64,000 nucleotides of DNA, from the NCBI GenBank assembly GCA_031580875.1, contig JAVLCJ010000003.1, positions 1,773 to 65,772 of the forward strand. Direction: 5' to 3'. The DNA comes from Roseovarius sp. (GTDB lineage: Bacteria; Pseudomonadota; Alphaproteobacteria; Rhodobacterales; Rhodobacteraceae). Position 1 is the first letter of the stretch. Each line of letters begins with the position of its first letter. The position numbers were made by a program, and so were the translations under genes. Below the pieces are notes generated by a model. It had not been told where the DNA came from, did no database searches, and saw nothing but the letters and a program-made list of their open reading frames with translations. Of the stretch, positions 58,248 to 64,000 are shown piece after piece.

Positions 58248-59204
58248 TTACTTCGGATGCCGCAAACGCGGATTGGTCAGGATCGCGCCAACATCCGCAG
58301 CCAGGTTCAGCAGGATGAAGGTGGCGGCGAAGATCAGGCAGCAGGCCTGAACAACCGGGAAGTCACGCTTGCTCACGGCGTCAACGAGTGCCTGCCCGAT
58401 GCCGGGATAGACGAAGACGACCTCGACCAGCACGACGCCCGTGATCAGGTACGCGAGGTTGAGCGCCACGACGTTGATGATCGGCGCCCAGGCATTCGGC
58501 AGGGCGTGCTTGACGATCACCCGCCACGGCGGCGCCCCTTTCAGCCGCGCCATCTCGATATAGGGCGATGCCAGCAGGTTGATGATCGCGGCCCGCGTCA
58601 TGCGCATCATGTGCGCCGTCACCACGAGAACCAGCGTGAGGGCCGGCAGGAAGGTGCGGGACAGAAGCTCCCCGAGCGTCATGTCCTCGCTCAGGCTCGA
58701 AATCGCGGGGAACATGCTCCACTTGACCGCGAAATAGAGGATGAGGATGTACCCGAGGAAGAATTCCGGGCTGGAGATCGAGGTCAACGTCACGACGTTC
58801 GCCACGCGGTCGAAGATCGAGTTGCGCAGAAGCGCGACGATGATGCCGAGGATGATGGCGAACGGCACCGCGATCACGGCCGCGTACGCCGCCAGGAACA
58901 GTGTGTTCATGAAACGGTCGCTGATCGTGTTGGCCACGCTTTCCCCGGTGACGATCGAATTGCCGAAGTCGAAGAAGATCGCACCGCTCAACCAATCGAG
59001 GTAGCGAAGGATCGCGGGCTGATCGAGCCCCATTTCCTTGCGCAGGGCGGCGACGTTCTCTTCGGTGGCGCCCTGCCCGAGCACGGCCGTCGCGATGTCG
59101 CCCGGCAACAATTCGACCATGAAAAAGATGATGACCGAGATGACCAGAAGAATGATCGCCCCAAGCCCGAGCCGTCTCGCGATCAGCCCCAGTATGTCTC
59201 CCAT
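58248..59204 (-). CDS. ABC transporter permease, DppB-like
   Basis: 318 aa with a PYIEMARLKGAP...KHALPNA EAA-loop region. Confidence 0.9.
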   Translation of the reverse strand: MGDILGLIARRLGLGAIILLVISVIIFFMVELLPGDIATAVLGQGATEENVAALRKEMGLDQPAILRYLDWLSGAIFFDFGNSIVTGESVANTISDRFMNTLFLAAYAAVIAVPFAIILGIIVALLRNSIFDRVANVVTLTSISSPEFFLGYILILYFAVKWSMFPAISSLSEDMTLGELLSRTFLPALTLVLVVTAHMMRMTRAAIINLLASPYIEMARLKGAPPWRVIVKHALPNAWAPIINVVALNLAYLITGVVLVEVVFVYPGIGQALVDAVSKRDFPVVQACCLIFAATFILLNLAADVGAILTNPRLRHPK

Positions 59205-59410
59205 TTGTCCCTCCTGCTGTTGAACCCGACCGTGCCGCGATGTCCCATGCGCGGTCAGCTTAACAGTTTTTCTTGCGGGTCAGGGCGCTGCGCTCGTCTG
59301 GCAGTGCCCACCCCGACTGGTGGCCCCGGTGATGAGATGGGAAGAAATCTGCACCGACCGGGCGGTGAAGGTCCGGCGCCGCCGCGCCGAACCCGTCCTG
59401 CAAAACACGT

Positions 59411-61018
59411 TTACCCGAACCACCAGCGGCTCGCCGCACGCGCACCGTCCATCTGCCAGCTTGCCGCCAGATCCGGGCCGTGCTTGACGTTGCTGCGCCG
59501 CGCATACACGAAATTCGAGAAGAACGGGATCAGCGTGCCCCCGTCATTCCGCGCCAGCATCGCCATCTCGCGGTACATCTCGGCGCGTTTCGCGTCGTCC
59601 AGCTCGGATTTCGCCTGAAGCAGAAGTTCGTTGAAACGCTCGTTCTGCCAATGGCTTTCGTTCCACGACGCGTCCGCCTTGTAAGCCAGCGAATACATCA
59701 CGTCCGGTGTCGGGCGCGCGCCCCACTGAACCACGCACCACGGGTCCTTCAGCCAGACGTCGGAATAATACCCGTCGCTGGGCACCCGGCTCACCTTGAT
59801 GTCGATGCCGGACGCCTTGGCCTGTTCCGCGAAGAGCACGCACATGTCCACCGCCCCGGAAAACACCGAGTCGGCCACCTTGAGCTCCACCGACAAGCCT
59901 TCTGCGCCAGCCTTCTTGAGCAGAGATTTCGCCTGGTCCGGGTCATATTCCCGCTGCGGGATGTCATCGGGCCAGTAGGGCATCGCCGGCGAATGGTGGA
60001 AATCATTGCCCTTGGTCGCCGCGCCGAACACGATCTTCTCGATCACCTCGTCGCGGTTCATCGACAGCTTGATGGCGTTGCGCACATCGACGTTGTCGAA
60101 CGGCGCGACATCGCAGAACATCGGCATCGTGATCGCCGAGGCCGACGGCACGTTGTCGATCTCGATGTTCGGGTCGCGCTCCAGCAGGGCAAGCGTCTTG
60201 AGTTCGAGCTGCGTCACCGCGTCCACGTCACCCGTCACCAGCGCGGTCTGACGCGCGTTCGGGTCGTTCAGCACGATGATCGTGACCTCGTCGAAATAGG
60301 CGCCGTCAAGGTGCCAGCCATCGTGGCGCTGCAGATGATAGCGCACGCCGAACTCCGTCTCGACCAACCGGTAGGGGCCGCAGCCGTCGCCCGACTGCCA
60401 GTCGATGCTGCCGTCGTCGTTCGCGGGGCAGATGGCGAAGTGGTAATCCGTCATCAGCCATGGCAGGTCGGCGTTGCCGGTCGCCATTTTGAGCGTCACC
60501 GAGTGGTCGCCGTTGTCGACGATGTCCTCCACGTCCGACAGGAGCGCCTTCGCCGCCGAGGTCGAATCGTCCCCGCGGTGGTGGTTCAGCGACGCGACAA
60601 CGTCATTCGCCGTGACCTTCTTGCCGCTGTGGAACGTCGCCCTGTCATTCAGCCTGAAGGTCCATTCCTTCGCATCGGGGCTTGCCGACCATTCCGTTGC
60701 CACGTCCGGCCCGAGCGACCCGTCGGGCTCGATCAGCGTGAGGTAGCTGCGGAATGTGTGGATGAGCATGATCATCGAATAGGTGACGTAGGTCCCCGGA
60801 TCGTGGCTGTCCGACGTGTTGCCGTCGTGCGCGCCAAGACGGAAACGCCCGCCGCGTGAAGGCTGCGCCTGTGCCGAGCTGCTCCACAGCCCGGTTGCCG
60901 CCGAGGTTGTCATCCCCGCCGCCAGCGAATAGTTCATGAAGGAGCGGCGGGATATCTTGCCCTCGCGTGCTGCTGCCACCACCCGGTCTACCAGACCCTG
61001 ATCCTTGATTTTCGTCAT
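59411..61018 (-). CDS. ABC substrate-binding protein, family 5 (peptide/opine type), Tat signal; paralogue A
   Basis: Twin-arginine signal ISRRSFMNYSLAAGMTTSAATGLW. 535 aa SBP_bac_5 layout. GGGAGA Shine-Dalgarno. Confidence 0.9.
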   Translation of the reverse strand: MTKIKDQGLVDRVVAAAREGKISRRSFMNYSLAAGMTTSAATGLWSSSAQAQPSRGGRFRLGAHDGNTSDSHDPGTYVTYSMIMLIHTFRSYLTLIEPDGSLGPDVATEWSASPDAKEWTFRLNDRATFHSGKKVTANDVVASLNHHRGDDSTSAAKALLSDVEDIVDNGDHSVTLKMATGNADLPWLMTDYHFAICPANDDGSIDWQSGDGCGPYRLVETEFGVRYHLQRHDGWHLDGAYFDEVTIIVLNDPNARQTALVTGDVDAVTQLELKTLALLERDPNIEIDNVPSASAITMPMFCDVAPFDNVDVRNAIKLSMNRDEVIEKIVFGAATKGNDFHHSPAMPYWPDDIPQREYDPDQAKSLLKKAGAEGLSVELKVADSVFSGAVDMCVLFAEQAKASGIDIKVSRVPSDGYYSDVWLKDPWCVVQWGARPTPDVMYSLAYKADASWNESHWQNERFNELLLQAKSELDDAKRAEMYREMAMLARNDGGTLIPFFSNFVYARRSNVKHGPDLAASWQMDGARAASRWWFG

Positions 61019-61236
61019 GATGTCTCCCTGAGATTACCCTGAGGTGATTTGTCCCGAGGCTCGTCGGAGCCAAGAGCACCTGCTTCAGTTTATCGCGCCC
61101 TGCGCGCCAAGTTATTGAAATCGTAAGCAGGTTGATGAAGTGCGTTCGTGTTTTCGTTGCCCCCTTTTCCGGACCGGGATCACCCGGTCAACGGCAGTGA
61201 CCCGGCGCGGTCGCGCGCCGGGCCTTTTCTTGCCGC

Positions 61237-62847
61237 TCAGCCGGCAAACCACCAGCGGCTCGGTGCGCGCGCACCGTCGAGCTCCCAACTCGCGGCAAGG
61301 CTGTCACCGCGCATGACGTTGTTGCGCCGCGCGTAAACGAAGTTGTTGAACATCGGGATGATCGTGCCGCCGTCATTCCGGGCCAGCATCGCCATCTCGC
61401 GGTACATTTCCGCCCGCAGGCCATCGTCCAGTTCGGACTTGGCCTGAAGCAGCAGCTCGTTGAAGCGTTCGTTCTTCCAGCGGCTTTCGTTCCAGTCGGC
61501 ATCCGCCTTGTAGGCCAACGAGTACATCACATCCGGCGTGGGGCGCGCGCCCCACGACACGGCGCAGAACGGCTTCTTGAGCCACACGTCGGAATAGTAG
61601 CCGTCGTTGGGCTCGCGCACGACGTTGATCGTCACGCCGGCGGCCTTGGCCTGCTCGGCAAAGAGCACGCACATGTCCACCGCCCCCGAGAACAGGCTGT
61701 CCGCCGTCGAGATGCTGACTTCCAGCCCCTCGGCGCCGGCTTTCTTGAGCAGCGATTTCGCCTGATCCGGGTCATACTCCCGCTGCGGGATGTCATCGGG
61801 CCAGTAGGGCATCGCCGGCGAATGGTGGAAATCGTTGCCCTTGGTTGCCGCGCCGAACGCGATCTTCTCGATGATCTCGTCGCGATTGATCAGCAGCTTC
61901 AGAGCGTTGCGCACGTTCACGTCGTTGTAAGGCGCGGTGTCGCAGAACATCGGCATCGTGATCGCAGCGGCCGACGGCACGTTCTCGACGGCGATGTTGG
62001 GGTCGCGCTGCAGCAACGCCGAGGTCTTGAGGTCAATCAGCGAAACCGCGTCGACGTCCCCGGTGACCAGCGCGGTCTGGCGCGCGTTCGGATCGTTGAG
62101 AACGAGCATCTCGAGATTGTCGAAATACGCGCCCTCCAGATGCCAACCCTCGTGGCGGCTCAGCTTCCAGCCGACACCCCACTCGCCGTCATCGATCTTG
62201 TAGGGTCCCGATCCGTCCCCGGACTGCCAGTTCGCGGTTCCGTCCTCGTTCGCCGGACAAATCGCGAGGTGATAGTCCGTCATCAGCCACGGCAGATCCG
62301 CAATGCCGCTCGACAGAGTCACGACAACCGCGCTCTCGCCATCCGCCTGAATGTCCGTCACCGACGACAGCAGGGATTTCGCCGCCGAGGTCGATTCGTC
62401 GCCCCGATGGTGATTGAGCGAGGCCACGACATCCGTCGCGACAACCTTCCGCCCGCTGTGGAAAGACGCGTTCGGGTTGAGCTCGAACGTCCAGACGGAC
62501 GCGTCGTCGTTGGCCGACCAGTTGCTTGCCAGATCGGGCCCGAGGCTCCCGTCGGGTTCGATCAGGGTCAGGTAGCTGCGATACTGGTGGGCGAGGTAGA
62601 TCTGCTGTCGCGACACGTATTGGCCGGGATCATGGGTGTCCGACGAATTCCCGTCGTGCATCCCCACCTTGAACGTGCCACCGCGCTTGGGCTGTGCATA
62701 GGCGCTGTTGGTCCAGAGCCCGGTCGCGGCCGACGCCGTCATCCCCGCCGCCATGGAATAGTGCATGAATGACCGGCGCGAGATGCTGCCCTGCCGGGCC
62801 GCGTTCGCGAGCTTGTCAATCAGCATCTGATCAGTTTCCTTGGTCAT
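61237..62847 (-). CDS. ABC substrate-binding protein, family 5, Tat signal; paralogue B
   Basis: ISRRSFMHYSMAAGMTASAATGLW. Roughly 70% identical by eye to paralogue A. Start at the ATG at 62847 (MTKETDQ), preceded by GGGAGAG. Confidence 0.9.
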   Translation of the reverse strand: MTKETDQMLIDKLANAARQGSISRRSFMHYSMAAGMTASAATGLWTNSAYAQPKRGGTFKVGMHDGNSSDTHDPGQYVSRQQIYLAHQYRSYLTLIEPDGSLGPDLASNWSANDDASVWTFELNPNASFHSGRKVVATDVVASLNHHRGDESTSAAKSLLSSVTDIQADGESAVVVTLSSGIADLPWLMTDYHLAICPANEDGTANWQSGDGSGPYKIDDGEWGVGWKLSRHEGWHLEGAYFDNLEMLVLNDPNARQTALVTGDVDAVSLIDLKTSALLQRDPNIAVENVPSAAAITMPMFCDTAPYNDVNVRNALKLLINRDEIIEKIAFGAATKGNDFHHSPAMPYWPDDIPQREYDPDQAKSLLKKAGAEGLEVSISTADSLFSGAVDMCVLFAEQAKAAGVTINVVREPNDGYYSDVWLKKPFCAVSWGARPTPDVMYSLAYKADADWNESRWKNERFNELLLQAKSELDDGLRAEMYREMAMLARNDGGTIIPMFNNFVYARRNNVMRGDSLAASWELDGARAPSRWWFAG

Positions 62848-63160
62848 GATCTCTCCCTGTCTTGCTTGCTTATTGGTCATGCCGCGCATTATATCACAGC
62901 CGGCCTTCGCATTAAGCTTCTACGTCAATTTTCTTCTCAAGCAGCTTGTTTGCGACATGAAATTACCAAAACACGAATTTTTTATTGCATCCACCCTATA
63001 CTTCGTGAATTCAGGTTTTTTTTAGTTTCGTCCAATAGATAGTGATTTCACGAGGGCCATCCGCGCGTGGGCCACACGGACGAAAGGTGACCGAATGGTC
63101 AAAAAACGACACGCTCGCCACGACGTGGCGCGGCCGCCTGCGCGGGGCGGCAGGCGCGAC

Positions 63161-64000
63161 TCAGCTGCGCGATCGGCGCAGGCGGGCGAAATAATCCACC
63201 CGTTTTTTCAACTCCCGCTCGAATCCGCGCTCGACGGGGCGGTAGAATTCGTCCCGTTCATGACCATCCGGGAAATAATCCTGCCCGGAGAAACCGTCCT
63301 CGGCATCGTGGTCATAGGCATAGCCCGCGCCATAGCCCTGATCCTTCATCAGCTGCGTTGGCGCGTTCAGGATATGCTTGGGGGGCGGTGCGCTGCCGGT
63401 GTCCTTCGCCGCGCGCCGGGCCGCCTTGTAGGCGACGTAGGCCGCGTTCGACTTGGGCGCCAGCGCGAGGTATGTCACCGCCTGTGCCAGCGCCAGCTCC
63501 CCCTCGGGGCTGCCGAGACGTTCATAGGTTTCCCATGATTGCAGGCAGACCGCCTGCGCCTGCGGATCGGCCAGACCGATATCCTCCACCGCCATGCGGG
63601 TTATGCGCCGCGCCAGATAGCGCGGGTCCTCGCCGCCCTCCAGCATCCGCGCCAGCCAGTAAAGGGCCGCGTCGGCATCCGAGCCCCGCACCGACTTGTG
63701 CAATGCCGAAATCAGGTTGTAATGGGCATCCCCGCTCTTGTCGTACTGCGCCGCCCGGCGCGTCAATCGCGCCGTCAGCCCGGCGGTATCGAGCTTGCCC
63801 TCCCCATGCCACGCCGCGACCTGCTCGATCAGGTTCAACAGGGCGCGGCCGTCACCGTCAGCCATCTCGAGAAGCGCCTCGCGTGCCGCCCCGTCCAGGG
63901 GCAGCGCCCGGTCCAGCTCCTGCTCGGCCCGTTGCGCCAGACGCTCCAGGTCGGCCAGCTCCAACCTTTCGAGAACCAGAACCTGCGCCCGGCTCAGCAA
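63161..64000 (-). CDS. rarA: Replication-associated recombination protein A (RarA/MgsA), C-terminal part; the gene continues beyond the right edge
   Basis: YDKSGDAHYNLISALHKSVRGSDADAALYWLARMLEGGEDPRYLARR...PKSNA...NAPT.LMK..GYG.GY.Y, the MgsA_C domain. Confidence 0.9.
   Translation of the reverse strand: MLSRAQVLVLERLELADLERLAQRAEQELDRALPLDGAAREALLEMADGDGRALLNLIEQVAAWHGEGKLDTAGLTARLTRRAAQYDKSGDAHYNLISALHKSVRGSDADAALYWLARMLEGGEDPRYLARRITRMAVEDIGLADPQAQAVCLQSWETYERLGSPEGELALAQAVTYLALAPKSNAAYVAYKAARRAAKDTGSAPPPKHILNAPTQLMKDQGYGAGYAYDHDAEDGFSGQDYFPDGHERDEFYRPVERGFERELKKRVDYFARLRRSRS

Overview
High-GC chromosomal segment whose gene content and order look alphaproteobacterial, probably Rhodobacteraceae (inference only). 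It is densely coded, and most long ORFs in the six-frame track are antisense or alternate-frame shadows of the real genes. Housekeeping genes I recognise: msrP (5' fragment), clpB, pyrF, dinB, tRNA-Val(GAC), rpmJ, phaC, mce, aspS, cfa, pabB/pabC, carB and rarA (partial). Three larger functional blocks are present. (1) 1687-7781 (-): overlapping glycosyltransferase, methyltransferase, sulfotransferase-like and AsnB-like genes. (2) 20765-29599 (-): a Liv-type ABC uptake operon bracketed by two acyl-CoA ligases, next to a divergent hybrid histidine kinase and OmpR-type regulator. (3) 55460-62847 (-): a peptide/opine-type ABC operon with two tandem substrate-binding paralogues. The most interesting region is 32428-40305. 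It holds a GntR-controlled operon that combines a glutamine-synthetase-III-like enzyme and three glutamate-synthase-like subunits (the gmaS/mgsABC or glnT/glxBCD type module) with a nitrilase-superfamily hydrolase and two proteins I cannot assign. It has no N-methylglutamate dehydrogenase genes. Several small genes fall below the ORF-track cutoff: two tandem paralogous 39-40 aa membrane peptides (55020-55368), a 56 aa peptide behind a GlnK-less Amt-family transporter, and an 84 aa two-helix protein between the Liv-type permease genes. A 720 bp intergenic region (16892-17648) contains a clean minus-strand intrinsic terminator with no annotated gene feeding it. I saw no transposases, integrases, prophage genes, CRISPR arrays or recognisable defence systems.
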